Positions 21,601 to 29,894 of a stretch of DNA of 64,000 bases are shown here, in pieces. Every line of letters begins with the position of its first letter. The first letter of the stretch is position 1. The notes under the pieces were generated by a model. The model saw only the letters and a program-made list of their open reading frames with translations, did no database searches and had not been told where the DNA came from. Position numbers and translations under genes: made by a program. The DNA is from an uncultured Lishizhenia sp. (GTDB lineage Bacteria > Bacteroidota > Bacteroidia > Flavobacteriales_D > Crocinitomicaceae): the NCBI GenBank assembly GCA_964540625.1, contig CAZINO010000001.1, positions 3,448 through 67,447 of the forward strand. Reading direction: 5' to 3'.

Positions 21601-22227
21601 ACCGGAGGTACAGCACCTTACAGTTATGATTGGGCTGGATCTACGGCAAGCAGTACCGTTTTGTCTGGTCTTGCTGAAGGTAGTTACTCTGTTGTTGTTA
21701 CAGATGCTTACGGTTGTACAACCTCTGCAGCAGCAACCGTTAGTGAGCCAGCAGCATGGTCTGTAAGTGCAGCTGTAACACCAGCTGTTTTCGGTACCGA
21801 TGGTGCAATTGACCTCTCAGTAAGCGGTGCAACCGGACCTTACACCTACAGTTGGGACAACAACGCCACTACGCAGGATCTAAACAACATCGATGGCGGC
21901 ACCTACGTGGTCACAATTACAGATTCATTGGGTTGTTCTTACACAGATTCAATTGTAGTTGCCTCAATTGTTGGCCTTGAAATAAGTGACCTCAATGCGG
22001 CTCAAGTATTCCCTAACCCAAGCACTGGTACTTTCTTTATTGCAAGCCCAGTTTTAGATGGGGCCGTACTTTACAACCAATTTGGTCAAAAAGTAAATAT
22101 GGAACTACTCATTATCGGTGAAGGCAAATACCAAATCAACACCAATCAGCTTGCAAATGGCAGTTACCTCCTTGAATTACAAGGTAATAATGCTATTGTT
22201 CGCAAAGCGATCCAGATCATTCACTAA
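18688..22227 (+). CDS. Large secreted adhesin-like protein with five SprB repeats and a T9SS type A C-terminal sorting domain
   Basis: Signal peptide, a long Thr/Asn-rich beta region, 5 tandem C-x-G-x(3)-G-S...PY-[TS]-Y-x-W...G-x-Y...TD..GC repeats, and C-terminal VFPNPSTGTFFI...GSYLLELQ. Confidence 0.85.
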   Translation: MKKTLHFLYALIALTVGWQANAQGLTCATALPVTPGTFTATTLVGTPSTPGLNGNGAPLTAGWYAFTPTSNGILNINSCGGGADTRLWIWSGSCATLAPVANNDDFAGCISTGTTAYASKIENVILMAGTTYYFEWDNQWEATGFTWSFTFAALPANNDAGITFVTNRNTRIPITQASYGIPLGATVKNFSGASLTNVVLTTEIYELPNTTTPIQTYASTPVTLGIGAEQVLTSGTWAPVLTSSKSYLIKYIKTQTQIDGVTSNDQTTQNLTLDYNYTARDNNVFQVAYNWSSTLEYTQGVVHTVYGADNMTGAAYYIQSSSTTQVYNVQVFQVTNGVVGTTPLYTSANITANGAGWKYHTFPTPIPVTAGEYLIAIKKTGTTSFPVAADLNLFTPGKNLVRTGAAGAWNPVEAYGVSPAFMIRPKFGPDPSNEIAFLNNRNPGGENTKIHTRQSLTGNDLQFWARAINNGTSTVTGVTMTVTVKDPSNAVVYTATSTAQDLTAGQIDTFTVANFNVTALGAYTIDYVFNNTGDQIPQNNSKTTTFTRTTGEMSKTVGITGSLGVSSTSAPGATNIEFGNNYTLTQNDFLDSVMFVLNPGTPVGYVASVKIYGTTANATGVMVPNTTAIATTINYTTTAADNLNGAVIKLPISTGTLNMAPGTYYFGVYQAAVATGNIRLATSTDYATPNTVFYRWTGSNGGTYTTSAYSFVVNPIFKSCVAYNQTVSTTAASCGANDGGASITTTGGTGTVNFLWSTGATTNSISGVSAGQYPCILTDINGCPATVSVIVPSLSNLTVAPTTQNITCGGQATGSIALAASSGIEPYTYNWANNQGTTASLSNLPAGTYECTVTDATGCVVIVSSTLTELSNLTAVANGTDVLCNSSQTGNLEISASNGVSPYTYQWTGTSNTSTYVTSVGPGTYTCVVTDGLGCTDTVVTVLAVSDLAASASASNPLCYGTNTGSVTVVATGGTAPYSYDWAGSTASSTVLSGLAEGSYSVVVTDAYGCTTSAAATVSEPAAWSVSAAVTPAVFGTDGAIDLSVSGATGPYTYSWDNNATTQDLNNIDGGTYVVTITDSLGCSYTDSIVVASIVGLEISDLNAAQVFPNPSTGTFFIASPVLDGAVLYNQFGQKVNMELLIIGEGKYQINTNQLANGSYLLELQGNNAIVRKAIQIIH
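20860..21963 (+). repeat. Five tandem SprB-type protein repeats (about 72-76 aa each)
   Basis: Examples: ITCGGQATGSIALAASSGIEPYTYNW...AGTYECTVTDATGC; VLCNSSQTGNLEISASNGVSPYTYQW...PGTYTCVVTDGLGC; PLCYGTNTGSVTVVATGGTAPYSYDW...GSYSVVVTDAYGC. Two flanking copies are more degenerate. Confidence 0.75.
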
Positions 22228-22253
22228 GCAATTGGTTCGATAACAAGTACAAA

Positions 22254-22281
22254 GACCCGGCGCATGCCGGGTCTTTTTTTT
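22254..22281 (+). terminator. Intrinsic terminator after the SprB-repeat gene
   Basis: Stem gacccggc (22254-22261) / gccgggtc (22266-22273), loop gcat, followed by T8 (22274-22281). Confidence 0.85.
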
Positions 22282-22294
22282 GTAAATTAGCCAA

Positions 22295-25294
22295 ATGAGA
22301 CTTTGCTCCTTTCTTCTTTTTTCATTTATCTTCTTCCACACTCAAGGGCAACTATTGCTCAATGAAGGCTGCAATAAAAATGCAACTGCTGCGCTCGATG
22401 AAAATGGCGACGCACCTGATTGGATAGAATTATACAATGCATCGCCATCGGCGATTAACTTAGCAAATTGGAAACTCGCCGATCAACTAAATGGTATTAA
22501 TGCATGGGTGCTGCCAAGTATAAATTTAGCGCCAAATGCATTTTTACGCATTTTCTGTAGTGGCAAAGATCGCTATGCAAGCACTCCATTCACTTTAAGC
22601 AACACCACACCTAATTTTAATCCAGTCAGCGGCTGGAATACGCACGTTTTTAATCAAGCGTATAACTGGGATGGCAGCTCAAATATTATTGTCAACATCT
22701 GTTCTTATAATAACAGTGGTTACACCGAAAACTCTGTTTTTTACCAAACAGCAACGCCATTTGTATCTTGTGTTGCGAGCTTTGTGGATGGTTCGGCTGC
22801 CGCTTGTAGCAATAACATGGGCCAAACCTATTCTCAAAGACCCAATTTAAAAATTAACAATGCGATTATCGGCAACGGTACAATTACCAATTCCAATACA
22901 GATTACCCAGCCCCATATGGAAATTGGTATTGGGGCGCCCGTCATCAGATACTCATTTTAGCCTCCGAATTACAAGCCGCAGGTCTTGTAGCCGGGCCAC
23001 TCAACTCCCTCGCTTTTCAGGTAGCCAGCACCAACAGCGAATTTTATGACTACATAGAAATTTCTTTAAATAGCACCTCTATTTCAAGTCTAGATGCGAG
23101 CTTTATTCCGCTGCAAGGCCAACAACTACACACCAATTTCAAACTCGACGGAACCGGAGAACATGTTTATTTATTTGATCCCAATAATCAAGTTCAAAGC
23201 CAACTTGAGATCAATAGCCCGCAGCCAAATATCTCTATTGGACATTACCCAAATGGCTCCGGTAACTTGACTTGGATGCAAGCCACTCCAGGGCTCTCAA
23301 ATAATGGCACACAAATCTATTCCGATACCCTACCAAGACCTCAAATCAGTATCCAAAGTGGTATTTATGCTAACAATTTGAGTGTAACCATCACAAGTAC
23401 AACCCCACCCAATATGGGAAAACTGGTTTACACACTTAACGGAGAAGATCCAACAATCAATTCTTCCACGTATATTGGCCCCATTAGCATTAGTTCGAAT
23501 AAGGTCTTACGCGCTAAAATTTTTCCAATCGGAAACCCCAATATTTTGCCCAGTGAACAAGCCGTTGCCACCTATTTATTCAATATCGATCACACCACTC
23601 CTATATTGTTGGTCAATACACCGAACCAAAATTTATATGGCGCCTCCGGGATCTTTGATAACTGGTGGACAGATTGGGTCAGACCAGCCTATGCCATATT
23701 GTTGGACACAGGCGCAACGCATCCGTTATTGCATCAGAGCAAAACCGCAATACGCATGGATGGTGGCGCAGGCGGAAGCCGCTCGCATCCGCAGCATTCT
23801 TTTCGTCTGAGTTGGGCACATGGAACGTTTGGCGAACAAGCTGTAAACTTAGGCGTGCTTCCGGACCGGCCAAACCGCTTCAAATACAGCGAATTTTACC
23901 TCAGGAATGGCTCCAATCAGTACCTCACGCTTCCCTACAAAGACGCGTGTCAGGTTCGAATGATGAGCGAAGGCTCCGCAAATTATTACTCGAGTTATCG
24001 TCCGGTAAGTGTTTATATCAATGGCAGTTATTTCGGTCTTTACGAATTGCGTGAAAAATTCAATCAAGAGTATTTTGAACAACATGACAATGCCACCCGT
24101 GATTCCATTGAATTGTTGTCATTAAGTTATTGGTACAACCTCATACTTAGGGCGGTCGAAGGAGATGTCGATCATTTTTGGTCAGATTACAGTTCGTTCA
24201 ATGACCTCAACCCTGACGCTCCTACCTATTGGCAAGAAGCTGACCAATTCTTTGACTTGAAACATTACACAGACTATATTATCGCAGAATCATGGATGGG
24301 CAATGTCGATTGGCCTGGTAATAACATCAAGATTTACCGCTCCGATGCGACACAAAACCGCTGGCGCTTCGCATTAATTGATTTGGAATTATCCATGCAG
24401 CCCAACGGTTGGACCAACTGTACAGACAACCATATTGCCTACATGATGGGGCAATCTGAAGACAATCCTTACATCAATATTTGGAAGCAAAGTATTCAAA
24501 ATTTGGCCTACCGCAATTACTTTATCAATCGTTTTGCAGACCAAATGAATACAAGCTACAAACAAGAGCAATTGTTGGCAACTGAACAACGTTTTTATGA
24601 GTCTATGTTGCCCGAAATGCCTTTGCAATTTGCGCGTTGGGGTGATCCTAATGACATTCCAGGTCAAATGACCGCTTTTGAGGCCAATCACGAACAATTT
24701 CAACAACAACTGTTGTGTCGTTCTACATTTGTTTTCAATCAGTTGCGTTTGCAATTTAACCTCACCAAAAAAGTTCAAGTTACACTTGCAGTTGAGCCAG
24801 AAGACGCTGGAGAAATTCACCTCAATACCATTCAACCAAGCGCTTATCCTTGGACCGGAACCTATTTTGATGGTGTTCCTATAGAAATGCAACCCATTGC
24901 GAAACCTGGTTATGAATTTTCACATTGGTTACCAGGGGCAAATATTGTCGATACGCTTATGGATAGCCTTACGGTTAATGTCAGTCAGAATACACAAACT
25001 TTTACAGCGGTGTTCAAAGCGATTCCATTACCACCAGATGGTCCAACCATTCATTTTAGCCTACAACCCAACCCAAGTAATGGCCTATTTACACTCATCA
25101 GTGACAACAAAACCATTGCCAAAGATTGCCGTTATCTCATTTATGACTTGCAAGGCAGAATGCTCTTTAAAGGCAGCGTATCAGAGACGAACAGTACCGA
25201 ACTTGATCTCTCGGCCCAAAGCCCTGGTATTTATTGGATCAGTATCTATAGAGGCAATGAAAAATTGCAACACTTGAAAATGCTCAAGTACTAA
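22295..25294 (+). CDS. CotH kinase-family protein with N-terminal lamin-tail-like domain and T9SS type A sorting domain
   Basis: N-terminus LLLNEGCNKN...DWIELYN (LTD-like). Central region (about nt 23590-24650) is CotH-like: MDGGAGGSRSHPQHSFRL...YLRNGSNQ...VYINGSYFGLYELREK...GNVDWPGNNIKIYR. C-terminus LQPNPSNGLFTL...PGIYWISI. Confidence 0.75.
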   Translation: MRLCSFLLFSFIFFHTQGQLLLNEGCNKNATAALDENGDAPDWIELYNASPSAINLANWKLADQLNGINAWVLPSINLAPNAFLRIFCSGKDRYASTPFTLSNTTPNFNPVSGWNTHVFNQAYNWDGSSNIIVNICSYNNSGYTENSVFYQTATPFVSCVASFVDGSAAACSNNMGQTYSQRPNLKINNAIIGNGTITNSNTDYPAPYGNWYWGARHQILILASELQAAGLVAGPLNSLAFQVASTNSEFYDYIEISLNSTSISSLDASFIPLQGQQLHTNFKLDGTGEHVYLFDPNNQVQSQLEINSPQPNISIGHYPNGSGNLTWMQATPGLSNNGTQIYSDTLPRPQISIQSGIYANNLSVTITSTTPPNMGKLVYTLNGEDPTINSSTYIGPISISSNKVLRAKIFPIGNPNILPSEQAVATYLFNIDHTTPILLVNTPNQNLYGASGIFDNWWTDWVRPAYAILLDTGATHPLLHQSKTAIRMDGGAGGSRSHPQHSFRLSWAHGTFGEQAVNLGVLPDRPNRFKYSEFYLRNGSNQYLTLPYKDACQVRMMSEGSANYYSSYRPVSVYINGSYFGLYELREKFNQEYFEQHDNATRDSIELLSLSYWYNLILRAVEGDVDHFWSDYSSFNDLNPDAPTYWQEADQFFDLKHYTDYIIAESWMGNVDWPGNNIKIYRSDATQNRWRFALIDLELSMQPNGWTNCTDNHIAYMMGQSEDNPYINIWKQSIQNLAYRNYFINRFADQMNTSYKQEQLLATEQRFYESMLPEMPLQFARWGDPNDIPGQMTAFEANHEQFQQQLLCRSTFVFNQLRLQFNLTKKVQVTLAVEPEDAGEIHLNTIQPSAYPWTGTYFDGVPIEMQPIAKPGYEFSHWLPGANIVDTLMDSLTVNVSQNTQTFTAVFKAIPLPPDGPTIHFSLQPNPSNGLFTLISDNKTIAKDCRYLIYDLQGRMLFKGSVSETNSTELDLSAQSPGIYWISIYRGNEKLQHLKMLKY

Positions 25295-26331
25295 CTAGTT
25301 GCTGAAGAAGCACTTAAAAATGCTGCAATCGCTTCATAAGCAAGCAAGTTTCCATCAGTGATTTCTTTTCGTAAGGCGTGGCATTTCTCCTGATTGCTTG
25401 GGTTTGCAAAAAATTGCCGCTGCAAAAATTCATTGAGTAAATGCTCAAATAATTGCAATTCTTGTTCTTGTCTTTTTTGAGATAGAAGGCCGTTGGCAGT
25501 GAGCTGAACAAAAAATGCTTCTATTTGCTCCCATAAAGCTGGAAGGCCCATACCGGTAAGACCAGAGGCACATAAAACACGAGGTATCCAGTCGTCTGGA
25601 CGCTGACCAAATACATGTATCGCGGCAGCATATTCGGTGCGCGCAGCTTTTGCGGCCGTTTCATTGGCACCATCGGCTTTGTTGATGACAATGAGGTCCG
25701 CAAGCTCCATTATTCCTCTTTTAATGCCTTGTAATTCATCGCCGGCGCCGGCTAACATGAGCAATAAAAAGAAATCGACCATTCCGTGAACGAGCGTTTC
25801 TGACTGGCCCACGCCTACCGTTTCAATTAATATGATGTCGTAGCCAGCGGCCTCACACAATGCAATGGCCTCTCTGGTATTTTTGGCAACTCCGCCGAGT
25901 GTGCGTCCGGCGGCTGTTGGTCGAATAAAAACATTTGGATGTTGCGAAAGACGCTCCATGCGGGTTTTGTCACCGAGAATGCTACCTCCTGTCCGAGAAG
26001 AGGATGGATCAATAGCCAATACAGCAACTTTGTGACCCGCCTCCACTAATAACAAGCCGAAATTTTCTATGAAAGTACTTTTTCCGACACCAGGTACACC
26101 AGTAATACCAATGCGCTTTGCTAATTTTTGGCTTACAGGTAAGGCTTGTAAAAGTTGTTGCGCTTGTTTTTGATCCGATAAGTTACTGCTTTCAATGAGC
26201 GTGATGGCTTGCCCGAGTGCGGTGCGTTCACCTTTCATTAAACCTGCAAGTAATGCACTTTCAGTGCGCTCCTCGCGCTGCTTCTTGCGTGCTGCAAGCC
26301 AACGGTCTATATGTGATTGATCAGGCTTCAA
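25291..26331 (-). CDS. meaB: Methylmalonyl-CoA mutase-associated GTPase MeaB/ArgK family
   Basis: ALGQAITLIES, P-loop GVPGVGKST, IETVGVGQSE, VINKAD. The start codon at 26331 is TTG; no in-frame ATG lies upstream of the conserved N-terminal helix. Confidence 0.82.
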   Translation of the reverse strand: MKPDQSHIDRWLAARKKQREERTESALLAGLMKGERTALGQAITLIESSNLSDQKQAQQLLQALPVSQKLAKRIGITGVPGVGKSTFIENFGLLLVEAGHKVAVLAIDPSSSRTGGSILGDKTRMERLSQHPNVFIRPTAAGRTLGGVAKNTREAIALCEAAGYDIILIETVGVGQSETLVHGMVDFFLLLMLAGAGDELQGIKRGIMELADLIVINKADGANETAAKAARTEYAAAIHVFGQRPDDWIPRVLCASGLTGMGLPALWEQIEAFFVQLTANGLLSQKRQEQELQLFEHLLNEFLQRQFFANPSNQEKCHALRKEITDGNLLAYEAIAAFLSASSATS

Positions 26332-27007
26332 GTAGCGTCTGTAAGGCTTTAAAGGCTTTCGAAATATTGTGCTGGAGCTCCGGCAAGGTGGCCTCGAGCA
26401 TATAACAAGGAGCCGTTATGATGCGGTTAGTGGTATCGATACAAATTTCATTGATATTACAATCTGTGGTTTGGACTCCTTTGAGTTGTAATCCGGCTTG
26501 AAAATCGGCTATGACATAAGGTGAAGCTGCTGATTTACTGCCAATAGTGAGTTGCTGTTGTATTGGCATCCCGTCAAAAGCCAAAGCAAGCAAAACTGGA
26601 CTCACGCAGAGGGCAACAATTGGCTTACCTACATTGTACATATTTACAAGCAGCAATTTGACGTCTGCTCTTATACTTCCCTCTGGACCTTCAAAAGCCC
26701 AAGTCGAAAAATTTTTTGCACTTCCGAAACCTCCAGGAATTACCAGTGCGTCGAGGTCTGCGGGCACAACCGAAGAAATCTCTGTGATCTGACCTCTTGC
26801 AATACGGGCTGCCTCTTCTAACATATTTCGAGATTGCGCTTGTTCTTGCCCATTGAGGTGATTGACGACATGATGTTGTGGTGCGTCGATGCCAATACAA
26901 ATGGGTTCATAACCTAGTCTTTGAATTTCCAGCAAGGTAAGCACGGCCTCATGAATTTCGGCTCCGTCAAAAACACCTGCTCCGGAGAGCAACACACCTA
27001 TTTTCAT
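26321..27007 (-). CDS. elbB: Isoprenoid biosynthesis glyoxalase ElbB (DJ-1/PfpI superfamily)
   Basis: MKIGVLLSGAGVFDGAEIHEAVLTLLEIQR...ALVIPGGFGSAKN...PIVALCVSP. Confidence 0.8.
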   Translation of the reverse strand: MKIGVLLSGAGVFDGAEIHEAVLTLLEIQRLGYEPICIGIDAPQHHVVNHLNGQEQAQSRNMLEEAARIARGQITEISSVVPADLDALVIPGGFGSAKNFSTWAFEGPEGSIRADVKLLLVNMYNVGKPIVALCVSPVLLALAFDGMPIQQQLTIGSKSAASPYVIADFQAGLQLKGVQTTDCNINEICIDTTNRIITAPCYMLEATLPELQHNISKAFKALQTLLEA

Positions 27008-27018
27008 TTGTATAAGTT

Positions 27019-28134
27019 TTAAACTAATTTACGATATAATTCTTCGTATAGCGGCAATACTTTTTCTAGACTAAATTGCGCAGCTGTTGCCAAGGCGCCT
27101 TGTTTAAAGCGTTGAAAGTTATTTGGATTTAGGATTTCAAGAACATCAGCGGCCATTTGTTCGGTGTCTCCAACATTGGAAAGCAAACCCGAAACACCGT
27201 GGTGATTCACTTCTGGAATACCGCCCGTATTGGAAGAAACAACCGGTACACCGACAGACATGGCCTCTAGTGCAGCCAAACCAAAACTTTCAGTTTCGGA
27301 GGGCAATATGAAAATATCTGCAATTTCAAGAACATGCGCAGTATCTCTTACTTTTCCGAGAAAAATGACGTCGTTACACAAATGAAGTTCTCGGCACAAA
27401 CGCTCGCAAGCGTAGCGATCCGGACCATCGCCCACCAAAATAAGTTTACAATCTTTTTGAGCCCTAACCCGTGCAAAAATACGAATCACATCTTCGGTAC
27501 GCTTTACAGGTCTAAAGTTGGAGATATGACAAAGAATGGCTTGGTCGTCGGTGGCATACTTACTTCGGATATAAGCCCGCTCCGGATCTTTTGGAGGCGT
27601 CGGGGGTACAAAGTTCGGTATGACTTGAATCGCTGAAGTGACTTTAAAATGAGCAAGTGTGTCTTGTTTGAGGCTTTCAGAGACAGTCGTAACGGCATTC
27701 GAATGATTGATGCAAAAAGTAATAACGGGCTCAAATGAAGGGTCTTTGCCAACTAAAGTAATGTCTGTACCGTGCAGTGTAGTCACGAAGGGAATTTGAA
27801 TGCCCTCAGCGCGTAAAATTTGTTGGGCCATAAATGCTGCAGAGGCATGTGGAATGGCATAGTGTACATGGAGAATATCTAATTTTTCATATTTGACGAC
27901 ATCTACCATTTTACTCGCGAGTTGTGTTTCGTAGGGTTGAAAATCGAAAAGCGGATAATCGGTTATAGAGACTTCGTGATAGTAAATATTTTCACGAAAA
28001 GAACCTAGTCGAACAGGCTGAGAATAAGTGATAAAATGTACTTCGTGGCCTTTGTTTGCTAGTGCTTTACCGAGCTCTGTGGCTACCACACCACTTCCAC
28101 CAAATGTGGGGTATAAGACAATGCCAATTTTCAT
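27019..28134 (-). CDS. bshA: N-acetyl-alpha-D-glucosaminyl L-malate synthase (bacillithiol biosynthesis glycosyltransferase, GT4)
   Basis: [35 protein letters not shown]...LHGTDITLVG...PSETESFGLAALEAM. Confidence 0.78.
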   Translation of the reverse strand: MKIGIVLYPTFGGSGVVATELGKALANKGHEVHFITYSQPVRLGSFRENIYYHEVSITDYPLFDFQPYETQLASKMVDVVKYEKLDILHVHYAIPHASAAFMAQQILRAEGIQIPFVTTLHGTDITLVGKDPSFEPVITFCINHSNAVTTVSESLKQDTLAHFKVTSAIQVIPNFVPPTPPKDPERAYIRSKYATDDQAILCHISNFRPVKRTEDVIRIFARVRAQKDCKLILVGDGPDRYACERLCRELHLCNDVIFLGKVRDTAHVLEIADIFILPSETESFGLAALEAMSVGVPVVSSNTGGIPEVNHHGVSGLLSNVGDTEQMAADVLEILNPNNFQRFKQGALATAAQFSLEKVLPLYEELYRKLV

Positions 28135-28712
28135 TATTGTTGATCGATTGGAATAAAGAAAGTAATGCGATAAATGATAGGCAAAATGCGGACAACTTGG
28201 CCGTATTCGTTTTTAATTTTGAAATTGTAACTGCTTCTAAAAGGACTATTTGGTGCATTGATGACGTCGTAGAATAAAGCCGCATTTAAGCGGATTTTAT
28301 CGGACAGTTTCAGGTAAAAACCGCCGCCTATCATCAAATTCGGCGACCATGGTTTCACAACTTCAAGTGGATTAACAAAACTAAAAGGACTTTTGAGGTA
28401 TTGAAACTCAAGGCCCCCAAAAATGATTTCTTGGTAACGGTAATGTGCAAAGACACCACCGCCCCATGTGGTCATGTTACTTTGAACACCTAAGTTGTTT
28501 GACCAATTGCGCTGTAGTCGAAAAGAGGGGCCAACCAATAAATTCTCCGAAAGGCGCGCAGCGTATTTGAGTTCACCACCCACAGAACCACCTAAATTTG
28601 AAAATCCGACATAAGGCTCTAGTCCGATTTCTGCACCTTGATAAGCAAGCTGGGCTTGTATTTGGGAAAAGCCGAAGAGGCTAATGATAAATAAGAACTT
28701 GCGCATAAGCAT
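28134..28712 (-). CDS. Hypothetical outer-membrane beta-barrel-like protein
   Basis: Signal peptide (FSQIQAQ) and alternating hydrophobic/aromatic beta-strand pattern. The stop overlaps the bshA start by 1 nt. No family recognised. Confidence 0.5.
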   Translation of the reverse strand: MLMRKFLFIISLFGFSQIQAQLAYQGAEIGLEPYVGFSNLGGSVGGELKYAARLSENLLVGPSFRLQRNWSNNLGVQSNMTTWGGGVFAHYRYQEIIFGGLEFQYLKSPFSFVNPLEVVKPWSPNLMIGGGFYLKLSDKIRLNAALFYDVINAPNSPFRSSYNFKIKNEYGQVVRILPIIYRITFFIPIDQQ

Positions 28713-28718
28713 TTTTTA

Positions 28719-28726
28719 CAAAGATA
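28719..28726 (-). promoter_or_regulatory. -7 box TATCTTTG for the minus-strand unit that starts with the 192-aa gene
   Basis: The reverse complement of caaagata (28719-28726) is TATCTTTG, 6 nt from ATG 28712. Confidence 0.35.
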
Positions 28727-28754
28727 CGGGATTTGCAGCCACCGCGCTTCTTTG

Positions 28755-28762
28755 TATCTTTG
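28755..28762 (+). promoter_or_regulatory. -7 box TATCTTTG for folD
   Basis: TAnnTTTG match 12 nt upstream of ATG 28775. It forms an inverted repeat with the box at 28719-28726. Confidence 0.4.
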
Positions 28763-28774
28763 CAAAAAAAAGGA

Positions 28775-29653
28775 ATGAAGTTACTAGATGGCAAAGCAAC
28801 TGCTGCACAAATTCAAGAAGAACTCAGACAAGCAGTTCAACAGCGCAAAACGGATGGTAAAAAAATACCACACCTCGCAGCCATTCTAGTTGGTAACGAC
28901 GGCGGGTCGGTTTCTTATGTCACCGCTAAAGTCAAAGCTTGTGAGGCAATCGGATTTGAAAGTACGCTCATTCGCTACGACGAAACTGTCCCGGAAGACA
29001 TCCTTTTAGAAAAAGTAGAAAGCCTGAACCAAGACCGCAGTATTGATGGATTTATTGTTCAGCTACCCCTGCCCAAACACATCGATGAACTGAAAGTCAC
29101 ACAAGCCATAGACCCGAAAAAAGATGTGGACGGTTTTCATCCGCGCAATATCGGCAACATGATACTAAACCTTCCCGGATTTTTGCCTGCGACGCCCGCA
29201 GGTATTCTGGAACTCATCAGACGCAATGATATTCCGACAGAAGGTAAAAATTGTGTGATCATCGGGCGCAGCAATATCGTAGGCACCCCGCTTTCGATCA
29301 TGCTTGGGCGCAACAGCAACCCCGGAAACTGCACTGTCACGCTTGCGCATTCCAAAACACGTAATTTAAAAGCACTCTGTAAAGATGCCGATATCATCAT
29401 TGCTGCTATTGGTAAACCCAACTTTGTGACTGCCGATATGGTCAAAGACGGTGTGGTCATTATTGATGTGGGCACCACACGCGTAGATGACGCCTCTAGA
29501 GAACGCGGCTGGCGTTTGGTCGGGGACGTCAAATTTGATGAAGTCGCACCAAAATGCAGTTTTATATCACCCGTTCCGGGCGGTGTAGGCCCCATGACCA
29601 TTGCTTCGCTCATGATGAACACGCTCAAAGCAATGGAACTTAAAGCGAAATAA
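28775..29653 (+). CDS. folD: Bifunctional methylenetetrahydrofolate dehydrogenase / methenyl-THF cyclohydrolase
   Basis: [11 protein letters not shown]...[20 protein letters not shown]...GFIVQLPLP...DGFHP.N.G...PATP.G...GRSNIVG.P...[10 protein letters not shown]. Start at ATG 28775 (MKLLDGK). Confidence 0.92.
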   Translation: MKLLDGKATAAQIQEELRQAVQQRKTDGKKIPHLAAILVGNDGGSVSYVTAKVKACEAIGFESTLIRYDETVPEDILLEKVESLNQDRSIDGFIVQLPLPKHIDELKVTQAIDPKKDVDGFHPRNIGNMILNLPGFLPATPAGILELIRRNDIPTEGKNCVIIGRSNIVGTPLSIMLGRNSNPGNCTVTLAHSKTRNLKALCKDADIIIAAIGKPNFVTADMVKDGVVIIDVGTTRVDDASRERGWRLVGDVKFDEVAPKCSFISPVPGGVGPMTIASLMMNTLKAMELKAK

Positions 29654-29656
29654 CGC

Positions 29657-29863
29657 ATGCAAACTTTCCAGATCAACGGCCCATATATTGAACTCATTGG
29701 TTTACTAAAGGCGCTTGGTATTGCCGAAACGGGTGGCCATGCCAAAGCTATTGTGGACGACGGCTTTGTGCTCCGAAACGGTCAACCAGAACTGCGCAAG
29801 CGCGCCAAATTGGTGAGTGGAGACCTCATCGAATTAGCTGATTTAAAAATCCGCTTGGTCTAA
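29657..29863 (+). CDS. S4-domain RNA-binding protein (YbcJ-like)
   Basis: 68 aa: IELIGLLKALGIAETGGHAKAIVDDGFVLRNGQPELRKRAKLVSGDLI, an S4-like alpha-L motif. Confidence 0.65.
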   Translation: MQTFQINGPYIELIGLLKALGIAETGGHAKAIVDDGFVLRNGQPELRKRAKLVSGDLIELADLKIRLV

Positions 29864-29894
29864 AATTGTTTCGCCAAAAAAGTAAGCAACCAAG

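Noticed and set aside
25291-26331. 'Orphan' meaB with no adjacent methylmalonyl-CoA mutase gene
   Set aside because: The mutase genes may simply lie elsewhere in the genome. This cannot be evaluated from one window and is not unusual enough to report.
29137-29745. 202-aa minus-strand ORF
   Set aside because: Antisense shadow of folD and the S4 gene. Ser/Pro/Ala-rich and without motifs.
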